In this document: positions 52,313 to 60,574 of the stretch, in pieces
Layout: each line of letters begins with the position of its first letter
How positions within the stretch are numbered: the first letter of the stretch is position 1
NCBI GenBank assembly: GCA_963781035.1
Contig: CAWAEN010000015.1
Coordinates: forward strand, 166,943 to 230,942
DNA from: an uncultured Acidimicrobiia bacterium
Lineage (GTDB): Bacteria; Actinomycetota; Acidimicrobiia; Acidimicrobiales; SZUA-35
DNA: 64,000 nucleotides
Direction of reading: 5' to 3'
Notes under the pieces: generated by a model
The model's input: the letters and a program-made list of their open reading frames with translations, nothing else
The model's database searches: none
What the model was told of the DNA's origin: nothing
Translations under genes and position numbers: made by a program

Positions 52313-53182
52313 CTAGCGAGGAACGACGTCGAGACCGATGTCGAGCACGGGCGCCGAGTTGGTGATGGACCCAGAGGAGAGGAGGTCGACGCCGGTTCCG
52401 GCGTAGCTGTCGAGTGTGTCCAAGGTGATACCACCAGACGCCTCGAGCAGCGAGCGGGTTCGACCATGTTGTGCAGCCCACGCGTCGGCGGCGGCCACGA
52501 GGTCGACCAGTTCGTCCGGCGCAAAGTTGTCGAGCAGGATGATCGAGGCGTTGGCTTCGAGCGCTTCCATCATCTGGTCCGGTCGCTCGGCTTCGACGTG
52601 GATCGTCCGGCCGGGCCAGAGGGTCCGGGCCCGCTCGACTGCCTCGGTGATCGTCAGGCCGACCAGATGGTTGTCCTTCAGCATGAGCCAATCCGAGAGA
52701 TTCCCCCGATGGTTGGCGGCACCGCCCGCCCTCACGGCTGCCTTCTGGAGCGACCGATAACCAGGGAGCGTCTTCCTGGTGTCCCAGACCGTGACCCGTC
52801 CATCCGCGATCGCCACCCAACGGGCGGCATTGGTGGCGACCCCGGACAGGTGGCTGAGGAAGTTCAGAGCCGTCCGTTCGGCCGTGAGCATCGTGGCGAA
52901 GGGACCGGAGGCCACGCCGAGCACGTCACCGGCAGTCACGTGCTCGCCGTCGCCGAGCTTCCATTCGATCGACAGGAGCGGGTCGACCGACCGGAACGTC
53001 TCGTCGACACACAACGTGCCGGCGAGAACACCGGCCTCCCTGGCTCGAAATTCCGCCGTTGCCTGCTTCGTCGGGTCGAGCAGCGACGACGTCAGATCGC
53101 CGAACGGTGTGAGGTCCTCGATGAGTGCTCGCTCAACCAGGAATCGGATATCAGCGAGCGGCGGGTGCAGATCGTGACGCAT
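52313..53182 (-). CDS. nadC: carboxylating nicotinate-nucleotide diphosphorylase (quinolinate phosphoribosyltransferase)
   Basis: ERTALNFLSHLSGVAT...DTRKTLPGYR..QKAAVRAGGAANHR...LLDNF. Confidence 0.9.
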   Translation of the reverse strand: MRHDLHPPLADIRFLVERALIEDLTPFGDLTSSLLDPTKQATAEFRAREAGVLAGTLCVDETFRSVDPLLSIEWKLGDGEHVTAGDVLGVASGPFATMLTAERTALNFLSHLSGVATNAARWVAIADGRVTVWDTRKTLPGYRSLQKAAVRAGGAANHRGNLSDWLMLKDNHLVGLTITEAVERARTLWPGRTIHVEAERPDQMMEALEANASIILLDNFAPDELVDLVAAADAWAAQHGRTRSLLEASGGITLDTLDSYAGTGVDLLSSGSITNSAPVLDIGLDVVPR

Positions 53183-53242
53183 CGACGAAGGCTACCGTTG
53201 GTGCGTTCCGACGATGATCTGACGGTTCAGCCGGCGATCGGA

Positions 53243-53726
53243 TCAGGAATCGAGAGGGCCGAGCGACGTCACCGCGCCGAAGGCCGTGTCTGGGTCATAC
53301 CCGAGCGCAGCGATTTCGTCGGCCAGGTCGGGAGCGATCTCGAGCAGGGGAACGACAACGAAGTTGCGTTGGAACATCCGTGGGTGGGGCACGGTGAGCT
53401 CGGGTTCATCGACCGTGATCCCGTCGATCCACAACACATCGACGTCGAGGGTCCGTGGGCCCCATCGGATTCGCCGCTCGCGACCGGCGGCACGCTCGAG
53501 GGAGCGACAGAGATCGAGCAACTCCCGGGGCTGCAATGCTGTCCTGAGCTCGACAACGATGTTCAGGTAGGCGCCTTGTTCCGGCCCTCCGACGGGTTCG
53601 GTTTCGTACACAGACGAGGAGACAACGAGGTCTGGTATCGATCGCCACCGCGGCGGCGAGGTACCCACGACGATCGCCGAGGTTGGTCCCCAGACCGAGG
53701 AACACCCGGCGGCCCAGCGGGATCAC
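53243..53726 (-). pseudogene. folK: 2-amino-4-hydroxy-6-hydroxymethyldihydropteridine diphosphokinase, frame-disrupted
   Basis: N-terminus VFLGLGTNLGDRRGYLAAAVA lies in frame 53406..53726. The rest (SSSVYETEPVGGPEQGAYLN...WGPRTLDVDVL...PHPRM) lies in frame 53243..53668. Frames switch near 53645. Start overlaps the folB stop. Confidence 0.88.
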
Positions 53727-54103
53727 GTCCGCGATCGGTGGATCCGAACGCCGGTCGACGCAAGAATCGACGGGACGGGAGGACGAACCTTCCGAGCGAT
53801 CACCGTGACCGACACGGCGTTCGAGTCGCTGAGTACCAGATCCGCAACACGGGTGGCCATCCGTTCGAGTAGCAGGAACCGCTCGCTCCCGAGCGTCGAC
53901 GAGATCAGATCGATCGTGGCGCCGTAGTTGACGGTCTCGTCGAGATCGTCGGTGGCCGCCGCCGGGGCGAGGTCCAGATAGATGTCGATGTCGAACGTGA
54001 AGGGCTGCTTCCTCGCCTGCTCCTCTTCGAGCACGCCACAGAACACGAGGAGTTCGATGCCTCGCAACTCGATCCGATCCTCCAGCGATCCCGGTCTACT
54101 CAT
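53723..54103 (-). CDS. folB: dihydroneopterin aldolase
   Basis: DRIELRGIELLVFCGVLEEEQARKQPFTFDIDIYLD...VNYG. Confidence 0.9.
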   Translation of the reverse strand: MSRPGSLEDRIELRGIELLVFCGVLEEEQARKQPFTFDIDIYLDLAPAAATDDLDETVNYGATIDLISSTLGSERFLLLERMATRVADLVLSDSNAVSVTVIARKVRPPVPSILASTGVRIHRSRT

Positions 54104-54125
54104 CGAGCGACAGACAGATCATCGA

Positions 54126-54713
54126 TCATGCTTGCGCGTTGCCGTCGGCGATGCGAGCAGCGGCAGACACGAGCTCACGACCGTCAGGACCGAGTTGACG
54201 GCGCAGGAGGCGCTCGGTCACCACGATCGCCTCTGCTGTCTCCGGCACCATGCCGGACCAGCGGAAATAGCCGCCGAGAAGCCCGGCGAGGCGATCCGAG
54301 ATCTCCTCCATGTGCAGCAGGATCCGGGATCTCGAGGTCAGCAGGGCCCGCAATTCCGGGTACATCTGCGCCAGCGCAGTCTCGATGTCGAGGGAGCGAG
54401 GAAACGGCCAGTGCTTCCAACGGACACCCAGTTCGTCGTAGCTGTGGAGGTTGTGGTCAGACGTGATCAGGGAGACGACGAAGTCGAAGTTCTGCTCCCG
54501 GATCCAGATGATCTCCTCTTGCCGGCGCACCTTGCGGTGGTTTGTTCCGTACCCACCTGGTCGCTCGGAGATGGCCAGCTGCTCGCCGATCACCCACTGG
54601 AAGTGGCGAGGTTCGATCCCCTGCGCCCACTTGCCTTTCGCCATCTGACTCGCCTTCCGCAATGCCTCGATCGTGACTTCAGAGGATGCCGGATTTCTCG
54701 ACGAATGAAGCAC
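54126..54713 (-). CDS. hypothetical protein with a dual-specificity-phosphatase-like layout but a degenerate P-loop
   Basis: 195-aa ORF. LLHMEEISDRLAGLLGGYF occupies the position and spacing of an HCxxGxxR(S/T) loop, with Met for Cys and Ile for Gly. Alternative start at 54644. The fold assignment is my inference. Confidence 0.45.
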   Translation of the reverse strand: MLHSSRNPASSEVTIEALRKASQMAKGKWAQGIEPRHFQWVIGEQLAISERPGGYGTNHRKVRRQEEIIWIREQNFDFVVSLITSDHNLHSYDELGVRWKHWPFPRSLDIETALAQMYPELRALLTSRSRILLHMEEISDRLAGLLGGYFRWSGMVPETAEAIVVTERLLRRQLGPDGRELVSAAARIADGNAQA

Positions 54714-54744
54714 CTCGCCACGGGTTGTTCGGCAACCGGACAGC

Positions 54745-55558
54745 TCAGCGGTGCGCCTCGATCACCGCGAGGGCCTCTGCGGTCGCCGCAACGTCGTGGA
54801 CTCGCACCATGTCGACACCGGCCAGAGCAGCCTGGCATGCGGTCGCGACCGAACCCTCGAGACGATCGTCGGCAGCTACGGGCTCGACTCGGTCAGATTT
54901 CGCGAGCAGCGTGCCCAACATCGATTTTCGGCTGGTGCCGACCACCACCGGGTGACCGGAGTCGACAAATCGTCCGATCGACGCAAGGAGGGCCAGGTTG
55001 TGTTCGAGCTTCTTGCCGAATCCGAATCCGGGATCGATCCACACGTGGTCGACGCCGAACGATCGTGCACGATCAGCTCGCGCAACGAGATACGCCAGTA
55101 CATCGTCGACCACCGAGACGTACGAAGGGTCCGACTGCATCGTCTCCGGCACGCCACGCATGTGCATGGCAATCCATCCGGCTCCGACATCGGCTGCCAC
55201 CTCCGCCAGCGATGCCGACACGTCGTTGATGACCACCGCCCCTGCCTTCACCGCGGCGCGAGCCACCGGCTCGTGGCGGGTGTCGATCGAAACGGGACAG
55301 AACTCCGAGATCGCCTCGATGACGGGGACCACTCGTTGCAGCTCCACCTCGATGGGGACGGGGGCCGCTCCCGGACGTGTCGATTCTCCACCGACATCGA
55401 TCAGATCGGCCCCCTCGATCGATCATCGTCCTCGCTCGATCAATGGCGGTGTCGACCTCGATGTTGATCCCTCCATCGCTGAATGAATCAGGGGTGACGT
55501 TGAGGATCCCGAGCACGAGAGGATGACGACGATCGGGGTCGGCGGGGAGCTTCATCAT
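54745..55558 (-). pseudogene. folP: dihydropteroate synthase, frame-disrupted
   Basis: N-terminus LGILNVTPDSFSDGG lies in frame 55073..55558. The rest (DLIDVGGESTRPGA...SIDTRH...INDVS...DPGFGFGK) lies in frame 54745... Frames switch near 55425. Confidence 0.9.
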
Positions 55559-56424
55559 TCGACTCGCAGGATCCCGGCGGTCCGCCTGATCGTCCGCCCA
55601 CCGCTGATCTGGCAGCTGGTCGTGTCACCACGGACGACGGCCAGCACTCGCTCGAGCTCGGCTGCAGTGGGGCCGTAGCCATCTTCGTTGGTGAGCCAGC
55701 GCCTGAGCGCCGTTGCGGCAACGACAGCGGGAAGTGATCGCACACTCGCAGTGTCGGTCGGGTCGACACCGTCTGCCATTCGACCGAATTCGTCAGCGCC
55801 CTCACGAGCCACGTCGGCGCTGCGGTTCAGCAGCGGGACGACGTCTCGATCGCTGATGTCCGCCATCAACGGCAGCAGCTCGTGGCGCACTCGGTTGCGA
55901 ACGAACCGAGTGTCCTGATTCGACGGGTCGTCGACGGTCGAGATCGCCAACTCAGCGCACAACTGCGCAGTCTCGCGACGCCTCAGCGCGAGAATCGGGT
56001 GACGGTGACCTGGTGTCATCGCGGCGAGACCATCGAGACCGGCCCCTCGCATCAGGTTGACCAGCACCGTCTCGGCCTGATCGTCGGCGGTGTGACCGGT
56101 CATCGCGTCGGGGCCAAGGACGTCGTGGCGCGCACGACGAGCTCTGGCCTCGAGGTCGCCACCAGGAGCGACCTGGGCCCGCTCGGCACGGAACGACGCA
56201 CCGAAACGATCAGCGACGACCCTCACGACGTCGGCCTCGCCGGACGCTTCGGGTCGAAGGCCGTGGTCGACATGGACGGCAGTGACGTCGAGACCGGCGG
56301 CCGCGGCCAGAACGAGAAGGGCTGTCGAATCTGCGCCACCGGAGACCGCGCAGACGACGGTGGTCCCTGCCTCCGGGAAGTCGCAACGATCGAGCAGCGA
56401 GGCCACCAGGGCGTCGCCGGACAC
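55555..56424 (-). CDS. tilS: tRNA(Ile)-lysidine synthetase
   Basis: PP-loop VVCAVSGGADSTALL. GTG at 56424 lies 9 nt after the upstream stop (the ORF extends to 56523). Its stop overlaps the folP start by 4 nt. Confidence 0.85.
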   Translation of the reverse strand: MSGDALVASLLDRCDFPEAGTTVVCAVSGGADSTALLVLAAAAGLDVTAVHVDHGLRPEASGEADVVRVVADRFGASFRAERAQVAPGGDLEARARRARHDVLGPDAMTGHTADDQAETVLVNLMRGAGLDGLAAMTPGHRHPILALRRRETAQLCAELAISTVDDPSNQDTRFVRNRVRHELLPLMADISDRDVVPLLNRSADVAREGADEFGRMADGVDPTDTASVRSLPAVVAATALRRWLTNEDGYGPTAAELERVLAVVRGDTTSCQISGGRTIRRTAGILRVE

Positions 56425-56432
56425 GGTCTCGG

Positions 56433-57543
56433 TCAGGAGCCGGTCGAGGCGGTCATGCGGCTGATCCACAGCTCCGGCAACCGGATCTCGTCGATCGCCG
56501 GCAAGGCATCCGGACCGGTCCACACTTGATCGAACAGTTCACGCCCGCCGGCGGACTCGACGGCGCTGATGAACTTCTGACCCTCTTCGTACTGCGCCAA
56601 CTTGGCTTCGAAACCGAGGAGACGCTGGATGACCTTGGTCGGACCGGATCCGGCGTTGCGGCGTTTGGTGAACACGCGAGCAAATCGAGGTTGCGACGGA
56701 ATCTGATCGCGACCGGCGCGGCTCATCGTGACGTCGCCATGACCTTCGAGCAGACTCATCAGACCGCTGACCTTGTCGAGCGTCTCGCGTTGCTTCGGCG
56801 AGGCCAGGAGCTGCTGGAGCCCGCCATCGGTGAGCCCATCGATGCCGGCTCGCTTCTTCTCGATGGCCGACTTGGCGGCGTCGATGAAGCGGCTCGGGTC
56901 GGGATCGACGTCGTCCATGAGCTCGTTGACGAGCGAAAGGAAGTAGGGACGGAGCCATGGAACTGCGGTGAACTGCGCCCGATGGGTGCATTCGTGGATC
57001 GCGATCCAGAGTCGGAATTCCTTCGGCGGAAAGCCGTAGCGCTTCTCCATGGAGAGCACGTTCGGACCGACGTAGTAGACGAGGTCCTGCGACTCGGGGT
57101 TCTCGTCTTCGATGATCAGCAGGTCGTACTGGCCGATGACCCGGCCGGACATCCAGCCGAGCAATGCACCGACCTCGGCTCCGGCGAACTTCGGGCCGAC
57201 TTTCTCTGCGACCGGTTCGAAGACGCTGGCGATCGCTGCTCCGATCCGCGACGGCTCGTCGTCGGACGGCTCGTTGAGTTTCTCGAGCAACGGGCGCGTG
57301 AGGCGATCGAAGCTGGCCAGGTTGGCGTCGACCCAACCAGCACGATCAGTGACACGGCCGCGGGCCGGACCGGCCAGTGAAACGAGGCCGGTCTCCGCAG
57401 CGACGAGGTCTTCTGCCTGACTGGTGAGCGAGATCATGTCGGTCGCCAGCGTCTCGAGCGCGCTCGCGGTCGACATCGGCGTCGGAGTTTCCGATCTTCG
57501 CCGCGACTCGGCGGGCGGTGCCCCAATCGACCGAGACGCCCAT
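56433..57543 (-). pseudogene. zinc-dependent metalloprotease (DUF2342 family), frame-disrupted near the N-terminus
   Basis: HECTHRAQF motif in frame 56433..57599. The family-typical N-terminus MGVSVDWGTARRVAAKIG lies in frame 57346..57543. Frames switch near 57475. Confidence 0.75.
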
Positions 57544-57672
57544 CTACTGCTTCTTCGGGTAGCGGGGGCTCTCGACCTTGGCGAAGTAGCCGATGACAAC
57601 GGCCAAAATCGTCGCCAACGTACCGATGGCGAGGAAGAAGCCGATCCAGAAATGCCAGATGACAGCGAGCAT
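57544..57672 (-). CDS. 42-aa membrane peptide (below the ORF-track cutoff)
   Basis: Manual translation: MLAVIWHFWIGFFLAIGTLATILAVVIGYFAKVESPRYPKKQ*. The TAG stop (57546..57544) abuts the downstream ATG at 57543. One long hydrophobic stretch. Confidence 0.45.
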   Translation of the reverse strand: MLAVIWHFWIGFFLAIGTLATILAVVIGYFAKVESPRYPKKQ

Positions 57673-57689
57673 CGTGTGAGTCTAGGCGT

Positions 57690-57949
57690 TCAGCTGTCGA
57701 GCGTACGAAGCGCCTCGAACACACGGTCTCGCAGGCCGCTCGGCAGTTCGGTACGACACTTCTGGCTGACGACCGTCTTCAGTTCGCTGTGGAACTCGAA
57801 GGCGTCGAGACATGGTGCGCAGGCGTCGAGGTGGCTACTGATCGACAGCCCGCTTGTCGTCGGTGAGTTCGCCGTCGAGGAACACGTACAGCTCTTCGAC
57901 CGCCGCTTTGCAGTCGGTCGGATTTGCAGAACACGGATCTGTCGGTCAT
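57690..57949 (-). pseudogene. rsrA: zinc-associated anti-sigma factor (RsrA/RshA-like, HxxxCxxC), frame-disrupted
   Basis: The ATG at 57949 overlaps the sigH stop (ATGA). Pieces in three frames: [12 protein letters not shown]; CKAAVEELYVFLDGELTDDKRAV; ISSHLDACAPCLDAFEFHSELKTVVSQKC. Frames switch near 57912 and 57842. Confidence 0.7.
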
Positions 57950-58563
57950 GAGCTCGGCATCGTGGAGTGGCTGTCTGGGACACCATCGGCAGTGGGCTCC
58001 GGATCCAGAGGATCGGCGAGCCCTCGAGCAACGGCAAAGTCATACAACTCTCGCTGCAGTGCTTTTCTTCCACGGTGGAGACGACTCATGACCGTGCCGA
58101 TCGGGATGTCGAGCATCTCGGCGATCTCCTTGTAGGCAAAGCCCTCGACGTCGGCCAGCAACACGGCGGCTCGATAGTTGTCCGGCAGGGCGTCCATCGC
58201 GGCCACGACCTCGGCCTCGGAGAACAGATCCATGAGTTCGTCCTCGGCGCTCCGGCCGAGCGTGCCGGGCGTTGCCAGCTTCTTGTAGAGGTAGAGATCA
58301 CCGATGTCGTCGAGCTCGGTTTCCTCGGGGCGCCGCTGCTTCGCCCGATAGCGGTTGATCTGGGAGTTGGTGAGGATCCGGAAGAGCCACGCCCGCAAGT
58401 TGGTTCCGGCGGTGAAGGACTCGTAGCTGCGGAAGGCCTTGAGGTAGGTCTCTTGCACGAGATCCTCGGCGTCGGCCGAGTTCCTCGTGAGCCGGAGGGC
58501 GTGCGAGTACAACGCCGGCATGAACTCTTCGGTGTCCTCGACGAACGTCGCGCGATCAGCCAC
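57946..58563 (-). CDS. sigH: ECF RNA polymerase sigma factor SigH/SigR-like
   Basis: [22 protein letters not shown]...[18 protein letters not shown]...[34 protein letters not shown] closely resembles mycobacterial SigH. GTG start. Confidence 0.88.
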   Translation of the reverse strand: MADRATFVEDTEEFMPALYSHALRLTRNSADAEDLVQETYLKAFRSYESFTAGTNLRAWLFRILTNSQINRYRAKQRRPEETELDDIGDLYLYKKLATPGTLGRSAEDELMDLFSEAEVVAAMDALPDNYRAAVLLADVEGFAYKEIAEMLDIPIGTVMSRLHRGRKALQRELYDFAVARGLADPLDPEPTADGVPDSHSTMPSS

Positions 58564-58674
58564 CGGTGGACCCTAGCGAACCGGAGTGACACCCAAGGCA
58601 CCGAGTACAGCGAGACTTGGGGCTGAGGAGCACGGCGACACGTCGAGCTGACGAGTGCGGGGCAGGTGCTGACG

Positions 58675-58747
58675 AGCCCGGACCGAGAATCGAACTCGGG
58701 ACCTTTTCATTACGAGTGAAACGCTCTACCGACTGAGCTATCCGGGC
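58675..58747 (-). tRNA. tRNA-Thr (anticodon CGT)
   Basis: Manual cloverleaf: GCCCGGA/TCCGGGC acceptor, GCTC-AGTCGGTA-GAGC, anticodon stem TTTCA/TGAAA with loop CTCGTAA, CCGAG-TTCGATT-CTCGG. Confidence 0.9.
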
Positions 58748-58808
58748 AAGCCGAGCACTCTAGCGGTGTTGGACCGCTTGCGAAATGCCGTTCCGGCGTC
58801 GAGTCGAA

Positions 58809-59894
58809 TCACCGGCGCAGCGGCGCGAGATCGAGCAGAAGCGACTGGAGCATCAGGGGTTCGTTCGGGTTGCGACGGAGGGCTTCGACGGCGCCTTGTA
58901 CTGCTGCGAGAGACGCAGTGGACCCATCGTGGCTGGACTCGATCAACCGGTCGCGATAGCGGTGCGACAACGTGGCCAAACCGAAGATCAGCTCATCGAC
59001 CCGCAGCTTTCGTATCTCTCGCTTCTGCTTGGCCACGAGGGTGCTGCGCCCCGATCCACGCTCGCCGGTGAGCTCGACTCGTGCGTCGAGCTCCTCGAGC
59101 TGGGTCTGGTGTTGGACCTCGAGCGGCTCCTGCGCTGCATCCATGGCCTCACGAACCTGCTGGACGAGTTCGACCACCATCGAACCCGTGCCGTCGAGGC
59201 GATCGGGAATCGTGCGCCAGAGCTCGGCTCGTTCGGCGAGCGCATCGTCGGTGGCGAGCAGCTTGGCCCGCTCGAAATCGCCGTTGGCCGCGGCCGCTGC
59301 TGCCTTCGCCCGGCTCGGCGGCACTCCGGCGGCGAACAGCGACGTCTCGATGATCTGGGTCGAGATCGGCGAGAACTCCACGGGGACGCAGCGGCTGGCA
59401 ATGGTGACGATCTCGGGCGGCACCTCTTGTGCGAGGAACACGAAGACGACGGTCGCCGGTGGTTCCTCGATGATCTTCAGCATCTTGCCGATCGACGCCT
59501 CATTGATCAGCTCGATCGACGGCACGACGATCACTTTGCGTGCGCCCTCCACCGGCGAGGTCGATGCCTGGCGGATGATCTCCTCCGCTTCGGGGACCGT
59601 GAGGAACGCACTCTCGGTCTCGACCATCACGAGATCGGGATGACTCGCCGCCAGGGCGAGTCGACGGTGACGCGAGGCCGTGGCGGTGTCGCCGGCGGCA
59701 ACTGCGTCGCTCGACAGGAGCAGGGCGGCGAACCCGAGGGCTGCCGCGATGGTCCCGGCCCCGGGACTCCCGAGAAAGAGGTAGGCGTGCACGGGGGCGG
59801 TGGCGGCGGCATCGAGGCGGGCGGTGGCCACGTCCTGACCGATCACGTCTGACCAGACATCCGGCAGCGTTCCTGCATCGTCGACGAGCGTCAC
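58809..59894 (-). CDS. holB: DNA polymerase III subunit delta-prime
   Basis: VIGQDVATARLDAAATAPVHAYLFLGSPGAG...KVIVVPSIELINEASIGKMLKIIEEPP. 4-nt overlap with tmk. Confidence 0.8.
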   Translation of the reverse strand: MTLVDDAGTLPDVWSDVIGQDVATARLDAAATAPVHAYLFLGSPGAGTIAAALGFAALLLSSDAVAAGDTATASRHRRLALAASHPDLVMVETESAFLTVPEAEEIIRQASTSPVEGARKVIVVPSIELINEASIGKMLKIIEEPPATVVFVFLAQEVPPEIVTIASRCVPVEFSPISTQIIETSLFAAGVPPSRAKAAAAAANGDFERAKLLATDDALAERAELWRTIPDRLDGTGSMVVELVQQVREAMDAAQEPLEVQHQTQLEELDARVELTGERGSGRSTLVAKQKREIRKLRVDELIFGLATLSHRYRDRLIESSHDGSTASLAAVQGAVEALRRNPNEPLMLQSLLLDLAPLRR

Positions 59895-60550
59895 GATGCA
59901 CCGCCGGCCGTGGCTGGGTCCGAGGTTTCGTCGAGCCGAGCGGACACCGCGGCCCAGACCGACGCAGCCACTTGGTCGATGGAACGCGACGCATCGATCA
60001 CGACCCAGCCGCGGGGATCATCGGCTGCCAATGCATCGAACGTCGACGCCACCCGGGCGTGGAACTCGTCGACCTCGGACTCGAGACGATCCAGAGCGCG
60101 TGACCGACGCGCCGCGGCAGCATCCGGCGGGCAATCGAGCAGCAGGACCAGATCCGGCCACAAGCCGTCGAGTGCCCAGTCGTTCACCGTCCGCACGGCC
60201 TCGACACCCAGGGCTCTACCTCCGCCCTGGTAGGCCAACGACGAGTACGCCGTTCGGTCCGAGATCACGTGGCGGCCCGCAGCAAGGGCTGGTCTGACGA
60301 CCTCGTCCATGTGTTGGGCCCGGTCGGCTGCCATCAGCAGCGTCTCGGCTCGCTCCCCGACCGGCGCCTGGCCGACGTCGAGCAACAACCGCCGGAGCTC
60401 GCGGCCGAGTGCGGTGGCGCCCGGTTCGTGGGTGACGACCGGCGAGCCGTGACCCTCGCCATCGAGCTTGCCGAGTGCCCGCGCCAACAATCGGACCTGG
60501 GTGCTCTTCCCCGATCCCTCGCCCCCCTCGAATGCGATGTAGAGCGCCAC
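59891..60550 (-). CDS. tmk: dTMP kinase
   Basis: MALYIAFEGGEGSGKSTQ...SDRTAYSSLAYQG. Confidence 0.93.
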   Translation of the reverse strand: MALYIAFEGGEGSGKSTQVRLLARALGKLDGEGHGSPVVTHEPGATALGRELRRLLLDVGQAPVGERAETLLMAADRAQHMDEVVRPALAAGRHVISDRTAYSSLAYQGGGRALGVEAVRTVNDWALDGLWPDLVLLLDCPPDAAAARRSRALDRLESEVDEFHARVASTFDALAADDPRGWVVIDASRSIDQVAASVWAAVSARLDETSDPATAGGAS

Positions 60551-60574
60551 GATCGAACTCTAGGAGGCGGCGCC

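Noticed and set aside
58564-58674. SigH/SigR-type autoregulatory promoter (GGAAT-N18-GTT) upstream of sigH
   Set aside because: No GGAA(T/C) element with correct spacing to a GTT occurs in the 111 bp between the tRNA and the sigH start, so no promoter call was made.
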